A stretch of DNA of 64,000 nucleotides, from the NCBI GenBank assembly GCA_023515725.1, contig JALDTO010000162.1, forward strand, positions 472,476-536,475. Direction: 5' to 3'. Within the stretch, counting starts at the first letter, position 1; each line of letters begins with the position of its first letter. The stretch is from Amoeboaphelidium protococcarum X5 (lineage: Eukaryota; Fungi; Aphelidiomycota). The translations under genes were made by a program, and so were the position numbers. Shown piece after piece: positions 27,053 through 38,438 of the stretch. The notes below the pieces were generated by a model. It was not told the DNA's origin. It made no database searches and worked only from the letters and a program-made list of their open reading frames with translations.

Positions 27053-27599
27053 ATTTATTGTTTTGAAAGAGATACCAAGATGTTTTAATTATGATGATGT
27101 AATACAAATCTAAAATATATAAAGTTTGTTTGCTCGTAATTTCGTTATCAGCCAAAAGTTAATTTATGCTCAGGCAAGATCCAGTAGTTAAGCTTCAGGT
27201 ATGTGTCTAAATTTAAAAATGGAAATCGCTGAATTACTATTATAAATAGACTTTTCAAGATTATAGACTTTCCGATAGAATTATTTGATAACCACCAGTT
27301 GTAAACTTCAAAGTAAAGGCTTCGTTAATGCTTTGTACTGAAATTTGATTAAATGTGCAAAGTTTTGTTAAATTTCATGCTCCGCTCGATTTGATCATCG
27401 GTTTCTCTCAACCTTATCATGACGCAGATCTACTGTACACTCGATTAGAACTACCTTAAATTGGAAAAATTTCTCAAGTACTGACCAGTGTTATTCAGTA
27501 ATAAATACAACTTGGATTCTTTCTAAAAAAATACTATTTCAGCATTGCTCTTGAAGACTTGATGTACTGTATGTATGTACAATATTGTTATCGACCTCA

Positions 27600-29534
27600 C
27601 TTTTAAAAATATAATCACGCCTTACCAAAACTTCCTACCTCCCTATCCCGGAGTGTCAGAGTAGCAAATATCATCTAATAAGGAAATTTCATCCGGATAT
27701 TACTCCAAAATAATGCCAATAAACCATTGCACACCTAATTAAGCCATTCTTTTCAAAATATTAATGTCTCTCACCACTGTCTGAATTGTAGCGGCCAATT
27801 AACTTTACAACTATTACGACAAAGAACCCTTGCTAAGGCATTTTCTCAACGATCCAACCTCCAGAGTAGACATAGAATGAGCACTTTTCAGCTTTGTCAT
27901 TAGCAATGTCTCTTCTGTATTATTTCTTTTCTAACCACTTGAACGCGCATCACATTTATCGCGAGTTAGAGAGAGCTGCTAGCACGATAGTTGCCACGTC
28001 TCGCTGTCTGGGAGGACTAAACACTTCTCTTTTTACGCGGAGCTACCTCGATATTGTCAGATTAGGTAGTATCATCACTGTCTTCCTAGCGTTCTTCATG
28101 ACTTTCAATATCACGGATGAATTTTGGCGTCTACTTCTTAGGCTGATGTATGTCCGATTTAGACCTGCGATTCCATTCAACCTCCTAGAACATATATCGC
28201 CCACCGCTTTATACTGACGTACCACTTTATCGATCATCAACATACTCCTTCTTATAAAGAGGCAGAAATCTATTGTAGCCTTTCCACCTTTTTTGAAGAG
28301 ATAAATAAGACACCTCTTCACGAGACTTTCCAACTTGACGGCTTTAGATTTTCCACTTTTAGTAGGCATCCATTTTTACAAATTTCAGCTAAAGGACGCT
28401 TTCATGCAACTTGGAACAAAGATTCCTTAAGGTATAAACTTCGTGGTACTGACGATGAGCAGCTGTCAATGAGCTAGCAGATATTTCGCGTCGGATCCAT
28501 TCCAATGTACCCATAGAGACGAAAACTTCTTCCTCCACACGCTTGAACAGTTTATCAAGCGAATTCTTTTCATAGTTCGGATCCCCCTCTAGGGACTGAA
28601 CAATGAGACTCTCTTGATTTGCGTCGAACACACGCAAGGCCTGACAGAATATGGAACCAACTTCCATCACACTCTGATATTAACTAACAATACTCTTAAC
28701 ATCTGAATGACCGGCTTCCATCAGCTTACGAATGATTTTCAAACTGCGCCCAAAACCGAATCCTTTTACATTGTCAGAGTAATCGTTGCCTGATACTACT
28801 GCGAGCGCAACCCAGGCAGAATTAGTTAGATTTAATTTATCACAGACCTCTTTCCTCTCCAGCACAAAAAATTTCATTAATCCGCAGTCAGATGTTGGCT
28901 TTGCAGCTACTAAGACATTCTTATGCATGAACAGATCAGAATCAAAGCTTACTGCGACGACTGGATCTTTACACTTGGCAATGTGAACATCTGCCTCTCC
29001 ACACGCAACTTCAACATTATAGCCCGCTTTAATCAGCTCTTAATGTAGATTTGACGCGTCATCAGCCTTAAAATGCCAAGTAGAGCGCTCAAGCTTTCCA
29101 ATCATGCACCACTTTGCTTTACTCACTTTCTGATCAACCGGCAGATTTTCTAAACAATTACGCAGTTTCAGAATTTGTTTCAGTCTTGCATTGACGCGTT
29201 TGAGAGAAGTCTGAGATTTCTCGCAAGTCTGCTCTCCTTCAAACACCAATGTGACAATGTCTTTTAATGGCCTAGCCTCACCTTAAACCATCACCATTTA
29301 ATTAAGAGGAAGCGCTGTCTTTACGAGATGGATGCTAGCCTCGAGGGGATTCTTGCTGCGATTGTAAATTCTGCGCAGATGACGATAGAATGTACCATTG
29401 AAGTCTACCATAATCTTGAACTGCGATCCTAAAGCTGAGGTGGCCATTTAACCCATGCTTTATATATCAACTGCTCTTTGATTGCTAAAGAGGTTCAGCC
29501 TTCTTAATTGACGATGAACTCCCTTTACACCCGT
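27600..29534 (-). pseudogene. FEN1/XPG-type PIN nuclease with long non-FEN1 C-terminal extension; ACG at the start position, frameshift ~27960, truncated
   Basis: (ACG)GVKGVH, IMVDFNG, LVFEG, ACGEADVHIA, SFDSDLF, ALAVVSGNDYSDNVKGFG; open 29534-27897 in table 6, continuing in another frame AHSMSTLEVGSL..KRMAQLGVQWFI..LLDDIC. Confidence 0.75.
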
Positions 29535-30794
29535 GGTCTTCTTCGAGTTGATTATACCTTACAGGAGTGAATAGACGACTGATTCAATTGAAGCGTGTTG
29601 GACGCATCGTATCAACGATGATCTGGCCAATAATGTTAAATCATACGGTTGAAACTGGATCGTCGACGGTATTGCGCAAGAGAGCTCATATTCATATTAT
29701 GGGTTAAGAAATAAGACTACAATAGCGCAACATTGTTTGAAGATATGTAAAGCATGCTGATGCTGATTGGTAACCGACTTAAAATTAATTGCGTGTTAAT
29801 TAGTGATAGTGTCAAAGGTAATTAATTCATCCATAGAATCAAGGAAACCATTTTCGTAAGACGTTCATTCGTAAAATCTTTCATTGAATAACAGGTCTTT
29901 AACTGTCCCTCCAACTTGAGGAAGGTAGTCTGCTAATTTGCAGTTTCTGTGCTTCCGGTAGAAGTATTGAAAGTCGTGATCAGTGAAGTTTGGACAACGA
30001 TTAATGAAACTAATCATCATCAACAGTGTAGATCGTTCAATTGCGTCGTCATATACAATATTATGAGCAGTTTACAACCCACAGATCGTAAATGAATATT
30101 CACAGGTTCATGCTGGAATTTCTTCTTTGCGAATGTAATTGTTCTAAATGTAATTATCAACTTTAAAAGATGCACATTGATATCAAGGCCGAAAGCTTAT
30201 AGAGACCTTTAGCCTCTGGTTCATAGACGCCATTATTAGCTAGACGATCAGCGTCACTCTTAGGCCAAACTGAGACAACCACTTCAGTGTTTGGCTTTTC
30301 AATTGCCACAATAAGTGATCGACACGTAATTGGATAAGATACCTTGTACTTAGGTTGCTTCTGAGGCTTAGCCCAAGAGACGGTCTACACACCAATGATT
30401 CCGTTTAAAGTTAACATATTAGATTAGATTTGATTTAAAATAGAGACTTAAACTGATTGAAAAAAAGAAGTAATTCAGGTAAAGTGACGCATTAAATGGG
30501 TGCGCAAAGCAGCGGTATTGGCGAATGCTTTGTTCATTTCATGTGATTGGCCGAATTACCTTGTAATTAAGTAAACTGCTTAATTTAGCTTATGTTACTA
30601 TTCCTGCTGATTTTTAGCAATATAACATCAAATGATAGAAAGGACTGATCACGTCGTCGTGGTTGAGCAATCGCGTCATTTTGTAGCGACGTCTAACATT
30701 GGCGGCGGCTCTATTCAGCTTTGTCTTTTTGAATCTTTTCGCCTACTCCTCTCTCTTTGCTCTCTGGTGTGAAAATCGCTTTGAAAATCTCAAA

Positions 30795-32507
30795 ATGGAA
30801 AATTCAACGAGGAAAATGTGTCTGAGACATTCTAATGCTGCTGCTTATGGCACATTTCATGACCATTTGGATGATGGAGATTTACATGCATTTCAGCAGT
30901 TATCTATTCAAGAGCAGGATCAATTGTCCATGGCTCGTGAAGTGTATAGCAACGCGTCTGATCCATTGAGAAGACTGTTATTGAAGAGCATCCTATTTGA
31001 TTCTTGTTCATCCCAGATATCGCTGATAGAGTCTGAAATTAAGTAGTATAGTAAGGTTGATTTCCTATCTGAGTTACCGAATGAGCTGGCTGTTTATATT
31101 CTGAAGAAACTGGATATCTAATCTATTTCTGCAGCATCGACTGTATCTAAGCGGTGGAATTCAGTGTGTAATGACGATAATCTCTGGTTTCATCTATGTG
31201 GACAGCACATTGGTAAGCGCTGTGATGGTTGTGGTATCACTCTGCCTGTTGTACGGTATAAGCCGCCTTAGATTAGCGCCGCTGTATGCTCCTCCTCATC
31301 TTCTTCTACAACTGTGAATTCTTCTCACATGTCCACTTCTGAAGATCATCATCACCATCTTAACAATAATCACTAGTAATAGCTCTAAACTTAGAGGCGG
31401 CGGTATTATTCTAAATGGAAATAGATTTTTATTGACCGATATGTAATTGATAAGAATTGGGAGTATAACAGACACATTGCATTTCGCGTCGATGGTTAAT
31501 ATTCGCTGGTGAAATTCTGTGGCGAGTCTAATACATTGCTGGCTTTCAACAACTTATAGGATGAACTTGTGTGCTTCAAAATTGTGGATGCTTAGTCTAT
31601 GTCGAAGCCTGGTTATGCTGTGGAAATGTATAGAGTATCTATGCCACAATCAATTAGTGATCTGTACTTTGATGCGCGTAAAATTGTTGCATTTGGAGGA
31701 CATGGTATTTTTATCATGGCTCTTAATGATGGGTCTGTACTGAGTGAGATAAAAGTATCTTAGCTCTTCTAAAGGCCTGACTATTTTATAGAATTTTCAG
31801 CGACAGATGGGTAGAAAATTGTCGTGTTGCATAAATCAATCCTGGTTGTCTACGATCCTGGGCGCAAGTTTAGGAAAGAGTATGATGTTAGTGAATACTT
31901 TGGACTGGATGGTGGTGGAGGTATGTAGATTATAATCGAAAATAATGTTGTAGTCGTTACTTGCTAAACTGTAGACGAAACGACCTTCTGCTTTATCGAT
32001 ACTGATTCTGGAAGAGTATGTAGTTAGACAATACGATGCGAACTATTGTGCCTCTCCCTGGTGAAAATGAACCAGAATAGTTACCTGATGAAGTTATTGG
32101 ATAATTATTCGTCAGAGTACGAGTCTTATGACTACAAAATCATTCGGTTTGACTTTTAGCAACTGTCTGTTAATGCCAGTGGCTTCATGTACCGTGCTTT
32201 AGGGGAACTTATTGGATTTGGTGACATCTAGAAGGCATCAGGCAATCGCTTTGTTGGTAGATTTAGTCTTGGCGGTATATTTCTAGCAAAACAGTCCAGT
32301 CTTTATGGCTCTGATTTGTACCGCAGGCCACACTTTTAGACTCACAAGCAGAAGCCAGACTATCTCAAAATCTTATGGGATCAAGAACAAAATAGTTTGA
32401 GTTATTTACACCACGTAGTCGAGCATATCTCTGAAAGTAAACTGGTACTGCGAAGTAAGAACGATATTGTAATTTAGGACTACTCTGTCACGAATTTGGA
32501 TATATGA
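30795..32507 (+). CDS. F-box protein with Met30/SconB-like N-terminal region and divergent C-terminus
   Basis: DFLSELPNELAVYILKKLD..SKRWNSVCNDDNLWFHLCGQHIGKRCDGCGITLP. Confidence 0.8.
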
Positions 32508-32621
32508 TGATTAAAAGTATAATTGTACTTTTTGCACATTAAAATTTTTATTTAATCCTTAACTTTTAATCAACATCATTTTAAAATTCGATAAATAACC
32601 ATCCACCAGTATTTAAATAAA

Positions 32622-33473
32622 TCAGCGCATTCTGGAAATCGACCTAACTAGAGGCTTAGTTGCAACTTTAAAATGAGCAGCCATAGGAGTACTTTAATAT
32701 TCTGACGAGCGATGGTAAGCTGGAGATGAGGCAACAGGTGTCTGCGGGAATTTGGTCTTCATTGGCTGAAACATTTTCTTCGTCTCTGCCACGTGAGCCT
32801 TGTGAGAGGCGGGAACTGTCTAATACTTTACCACGTCAGCGTAAGTGGATGGTTGTTTCACCTGTACGCAATTCTCCTATCTAAATTGACGCTTTCTCTT
32901 CATCTCATGCTCAACATTATCAGTAAATTGCTATCCGCCAAATCCAGTAAATTTGAACGATGTCACCTGTTAATTATTACTTTAGTCTCTCATAGACACT
33001 CCATCTTGGCGCATTACATTAGTAATATCAACCAGCGGTCCTCCGTACTCAGTAGCGAAAAACTTTCTCTTTTTCTAATCTTTTCCCGTATTATGGACTT
33101 TTGCTCTTTAAGATAATTACTAGTAGGAGCTAGTACTATACTGTCCAGTCAGCGGATTAAGATTCTCCTTGTTACCATCAGCGCCGATATGATTTCTTTA
33201 AGGCACAGTAAAAGGAGTTTGCTAATTATGATAATTCTTTACCGGGAACTGATTAGTATTTAACAATACTGATTGTTATTTTTGCAATTTGATCAATGAT
33301 TATTACTATTCCATAGGATACTAATTCTTATTCATTGTGGCAGAATGCAAGTTGATTGCGGCGACATTTAAACAGTCACTCTTACTCAAATCATATTAAG
33401 GTCCACTAGAGAATGAGAATGTAAATCCATTTCCGCTCAAGTTATTACTTCCAAAGCGATATATATCTGTCAT
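32622..33473 (-). CDS. Disordered protein with KEN box and D-box-like motif
   Basis: 284 codons ATG..TGA in table 6; NKENLNP and GPLVDITN. Confidence 0.5.
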
Positions 33474-33649
33474 ATCTTCCCAGGACTTATAGATTTAGCT
33501 ATGAAGCAGAGTATATAACAAAATCAAGTTAAAACTATCACGACAGCAGTTGAAAGATGAAACAACAATTTGTACGTTTCAGAGAAATGACAAGAGCGCC
33601 GCCGCTCACTCAATCAGGCGCTTGAAACAAACAAACAAACAATCAAATG

Positions 33650-35163
33650 ATTAAAAGCGAAAGTGGAAGGAGTGTAGGAACTTTCATACGCGTACTGTGT
33701 ACTCTACAGTAAGATTAGGTATAAGGAATATTCTGATGGAACCTTAAATAGATTATTACCGACTTTAAGCAATATGAACATGCTTGGCCCAATCCGCAAT
33801 TATTTAGTTGCCAATGCTATAAGTCATACTCATGTATCCCGACCAATTTAATAATGAAGTACCGGTACTTGAAGTTCTACTTGATGTTCCGAGGCGATGT
33901 GTAAAGGGGAGCATTCGTTGAAACGCACCAAGTTAAATGAACCTCTGCCATGGACCTTCGATATCATTCATAAACAGTTTCAGAATATCGCCGATGATAC
34001 AAAGCCAAATCTTGAGGTGATATCCCATCCATACCAATCACTTGCACGTCCAGCGAATCTCGCCCGTCCATTGCAATCGGAACTCTATCAAGGGAAAGGT
34101 CCGGTAAATGCAGACATATGCAGAATTGGGGGTGATTCCTCGAGATGCGAACGCGCACATGAGCAGGAAAGCAAGGCACTTTTCTTGCTGAAATGTCCCC
34201 TGTATGATGACAGGCCCTCCGTTCTATAATGGTGTAATGAGGCAGAACTTTCTTTATTACTTTTAGACTACGACAATTGCAAGAGGAACATAGAATTTAT
34301 GGTAAGAACCCATAGATTCTACCATTGAGACAAAAGAGCACCTGCAAAGTGATTTTGACTCTATACAATGAAATTTCTGCTTCCTAAGAGTAAAGAGTTA
34401 CTAAAGCAAGTGACTCTCATTGAAAAGTGATTCAATATGAAAGCTCGCTGGGATCTCTGGAGTACTAGCAGATGAAGCGATTAAATGACTATGATAATTG
34501 CTGCACTTAATTGATCTAACTAAAAGACGAATGGTGGGCCTGAAGTTATAGAGGATTTAGCTAATCGCGTCTTGCATTTTTAGAAAGGCAATGAGTTTCT
34601 CATCTCTGCTGTTAAAAGGCGATAAGCTGCTTCTTTGAAATAAATGCCTTAATGCGTATAATTAGTGTATTAGAAAATTTATGTTGGATTTCGGTCTCAG
34701 CAAAAAGTGCAATCTTAGAACACTTAGAAAGAACTGCTCTTTGGAGGAAGTAGAGTTTATGCTTCCTGATCATTGCGGATGTGATTGTAAGAGTCAATCT
34801 TTTGAGAATTTGTTACAGTTCAAGCACTTTAACGTAGAAGAGTAAGATATATATATGCCTGCATGAAATGCGTTATTACGTACAAAGTTCAATTGTTTCC
34901 ATTATCAAGCTTATCAATCTAATTGCAGAGTACTGTGGTAGAATCAAGATTTAGATGAATATATTCTCTCTCAACTTAACGCTCGTTATAAATCTTTCAG
35001 CAGAAATTTTGGTATTAATAAATCTTACTTAGAGTCTACAGTGGATAGAGAGCCAATAGAAGTGGTTGTTCAGTAGATTTGTCAGATTAAGGACCCGCAT
35101 GACCAGGAAGATGATGATTCTGAATCCGTCAATAGTTAAGACAGTGTTGATGGCTTTTGTACT
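33650..35163 (+). pseudogene. Unidentified degenerate ORF (frameshifts, in-frame TGA at 34864) running into the Fanzor frame
   Basis: Coding-like segments in alternating frames; frame 1 is open from 34867 straight into the Fanzor ORF. No family recognised. Confidence 0.35.
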
Positions 35164-36201
35164 ATGATGACGCTGAAGGAGATTTGTGTTGCTGCCAATC
35201 TGCCATATGTCCGTCAGATGAATACTCACGCTCTGTGGTCACATTGTTTCAGATTGAACAAGGTCACTAGTTCTATAGATCAGAGAAGACGTTTTGGCTA
35301 CTCCATAACATCCGCTAATGTTGGCGGCCCTGCTTCCGTTTTACGGTCTGCGTATCGTGCCCCTCCTGCTAGCCGCTACGGGTTTGCTTTCGATGGTACC
35401 GGATACCAACCATTGGATGTAAACTATGAAACACACGTAATCGGAATTGACGTCAATCGTGGCGTACTTCTGGCTGCTTCTTGTGGTCCTGATGACCGTA
35501 TCCCAGATGTTCCAACCGAGCAGAGTCCGTTTGCAAATGGAAAGCAGGAGCTGGTATACACGACTGCCAGATGGCGTGAAGAGAACGGAGAAAATTTAGG
35601 TGAAAAGAAGTTGGCTGAATGGAATGAAAGAGCTCCAGAAATCGTTAATGCCATGGCCCACATTCCTTCCGCTAAATCAACTTCGTTTCTGGGAATCATC
35701 TAACATTTGCAGTACGTACTGTAACATAGAGATTCATTCACTGGCTTTCACCGTCCTGAGATGTGGCGAAAGCTGAGGAGAAAGCTAATCTCCAAGCGTC
35801 AAAGGGCCTATGACAATTTGGTGCGTATGTTAACTCTCCGCCAAGATGGTTAGTTTGACCATAACACCATCATAGCATATGGTGCTGGCAACTTTGTCAC
35901 TGCTTCTCCTGGATATCCTGCGACTCCCGACAAGCGGCTGTTTTATGAGCTGAAGAAACGCTCCGGAGTCTGCTTGGTGCATGAGTTTCAAACCAGTCAA
36001 AAATGTAGTAATTGCGAGTGTGAGCTTGGTCAATCACGAGTATGGAGAATTAAGCATTGCGCAAATAACAATTGCTTAGCTATCTGGCACCGTGTTGTGA
36101 ATGCTGCACGTAACATTCACTACATCTTTCTGGCAAGGAATCGTGACGGTGGTGAAAGGCCGGTTCCATTTCGATACGATCCTCCTCGCCCTCAATAATG
36201 A
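35164..36201 (+). CDS. Fanzor1 (eukaryotic TnpB-like RNA-guided endonuclease), C-terminal RuvC/Zn-finger half; RuvC-III Asp replaced by Val
   Basis: RuvC-I VIGID(35449)VN; IPSAKS; WRKLRR..KRQRAYD; TIIAYGAGNF..GYPATPDKRL; RuvC-II LVHE(35983)FQTSQKCSNC; IKHCANNNC; WHRV(36094)VNAARNI. Four in-frame TAA/TAG, TGA 36199-36201. Confidence 0.9.
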
Positions 36202-36275
36202 TCAGTCCAGGCTTCGGCGCAACAGTCTGATCGGAGGTGAAAATCCGTAGCTGTCCCTAATACACTTAAACTATG
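36199..36275 (+). ncRNA. Candidate Fanzor omega-RNA (scaffold plus adjacent guide)
   Basis: GC-richer island right after the stop: GATCAG(36200-05)/CTGATC(36227-32), cUUCGg (36212-17), CGGA-GGTGAAAA-TCCG hairpin (36232-47), ACAG(36222-25)/CTGT(36251-54); then AT-rich flank. Position matches the known Fanzor layout. Confidence 0.55.
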
Positions 36276-36345
36276 AAAATAACAGTAAATGTCTTTAATT
36301 ATATTTAAGAACTCTTTTAAATCATTTCTATCAACCAGTAGTAAT

Positions 36346-37416
36346 TCAACTGTTCTGCTCAATCTTCTAAATGACAGCAGCAGTGAACTCTGAGCACTTG
36401 GCCTTTCCGCCCAGATCGCCAGTTCTAACTTTACCTTCTGAGATCGTGTCAATCACACTCTTCTCAATCAGCTCAGCATACTCATCCAGATGCATGTGCT
36501 TCAACATCATACACGAGGAAAGCAGTAAAGCAGTTGGATTAGCCAAATCTTTGCCTGCAATCAGAGGCGCAGTTCCATGGACACTCTCAAATATAGATGC
36601 GGATTCACCAATATTTCCAGATGGAGTCAGACCAAGACCACCAATCAAACCGGCACACATGTCAGATAGAATGTCACCATACAGGTTAGGCATTACCAGA
36701 ACACTGTCCTTGTACATATTCGGATTGGTAACAATATTCAGACACGCATTGTCCAGGGACACGTCATCATGCTTGATGTCCTCAAAGTTCTTGGAGGCGT
36801 CTTGGAACGCGCTCAGAAACAGACCGTCCGAAGACTTCATGATCGCAGCCTTGTGCACGCAAGTGACGCGAGAACGGCCCTGATTCTTGTGGCGACGCGC
36901 ATAGTCAAATGCAAAGCGTACAACACGGTCAGATGCCTCCTTGGTGATTAGTTTGATCGACTGCACAACACCTGGCACTACTTCATGCTCGATACCGCTA
37001 TACTCACCCTCAGTGTTCTCTCTGATGATCACAGTGTTCACATCCTTGTACGGAGTAGGGAAGCCAGGCAGAGAACGGCACGGACGGACGTTGGCGTACA
37101 GATTGAACAGTCTGCGCAGAGTCAAGTTCAATGACACGTGTCCTTTCCCAATAGGAGTTGCCAGCGGACCTTTCAGCGCAATCTTGTTGTGACCGATACT
37201 ATCCAAGGCGGCTTACGGAATAGTAGTCTTGCCATCGGGCAATCTTACCGGAGTCACGTCCACCTCTTCCCACTCGATAGGCACCTGCGCGGCGGTGTAG
37301 ATCTTTTTCAGCGCTGCACTAATTTCCGGCCCAATTCCATCACCAGGTATTAAAGTGACGCGATGCTTAGTTCCCACTGACGCCAACTGTCTGGCAAATG
37401 TTTTTCCTTATATCAT
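36346..37416 (-). CDS. IDH2: NAD-dependent isocitrate dehydrogenase, catalytic subunit (yeast IDH2 / IDH3A)
   Basis: [52 protein letters not shown]; 357 codons. Confidence 0.95.
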
Positions 37417-37659
37417 TCTGTATATATGTATTGAGATTCCTACCGTTTGTTTAATCAAGTTGGAGTAGATAAAAGGGTAAAAGATCAAAGGTGGCAAAAC
37501 GTGAAAAATCACACCGAACGAAAAAAAATAATTGTCTTTTGCCTAATGATATTTCATATAACTGCTTAATCCTGTAATCAAGATAATCTTTAGTAGTCCA
37601 TTATAAATTAGTCTGATTCTATTACGCGGTTATATAGTGACTATTATTAACAAAAAATT

Positions 37660-38316
37660 CAACTTCACTGAATAACTTTTATTTTCAACTACACATAACA
37701 TTATGACCAACTATGAGCACGTCCAACAAATTGAGAGAAATACCATTATAAAGTGGTCATTAATGGGATCAATCAACATCAGTTTACGCGGCCTAAACAG
37801 ATTTCGATTCTGCTCATCAATATAACTGTGAATCTTGTCCAATTTCTACATATATACAGCTAGCGACATAAGTGTCCACCAAAATATCATGCTATTGAGC
37901 TCACCTTTTCAAAATGTGATTGAAAGAATAATGAGTAAAGTTGGAGAGTCGCGCATCCCAGCAGACAATCCAGAATATTAGGCTAATTTAAACGTTCCGC
38001 CTGAGCGTACATGGAGTTGAGCGTATTCAACACGGGAATGAGTTCATTCAGTTCAATCTACAATGAGCTTTATAATATAAAAATTGTATTAAAATATACT
38101 ATTTCTAAATGTTACAAATTCGGACAGTTCTGGAGGCAGCTCTGACGTTTTAAATTAGATTGTGTCACCATGTGAGTGGTCTCGTTCAATGGTATACATC
38201 CTGCTCGCGAGCTCTGTCTACTTAACTTGAGACTACTATTATTCTTCTTATCCAGTATTAGGAATTTCATTATTGCTGTGATAAGCATTGTCATTGTGTT
38301 GAGACTGAAGCTCCAT
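37660..38316 (-). CDS. Golgin A7/ERF4 family palmitoyltransferase accessory subunit, several introns
   Basis: TIERDHSHG..FKTSELPPEL; LNTLNSMYAQAE..LDCLLGCATL..SHFEK; YIDEQNRNLF..LMLIDP. 3' end approximate. Confidence 0.75.
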
Positions 38317-38438
38317 ATAAAATTTACTATTGCTGTGACGCGAATTACTTGCATTTAAAGCGAAACTTTAGTTCCAAAGAGAGCTTTTTTATTGATCAAA
38401 GACGTGCACCATTTCGCGTTACTTATCGGAATATAATC

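Noticed and set aside
30195-30390. Possible structured ncRNA (GCCAAAC/GTTTGGC hairpin, AGCCTC/GAGGCT pairing)
   Set aside because: No SRP, RNase P/MRP or snRNA motif recognised, and the minus strand has an open coding-like frame; short stems may be chance.
33897-34300. KDZ/CxC transposase assignment for the ORF upstream of Fanzor (RAHEQ, YDNC)
   Set aside because: Resemblance is limited to a few residues with wrong spacing; left unassigned.
27600-36201. PIN relic and Fanzor half as two pieces of one split gene
   Set aside because: They are on opposite strands, separated by two host genes, and share no visible junction or repeat, so they are treated as independent elements.
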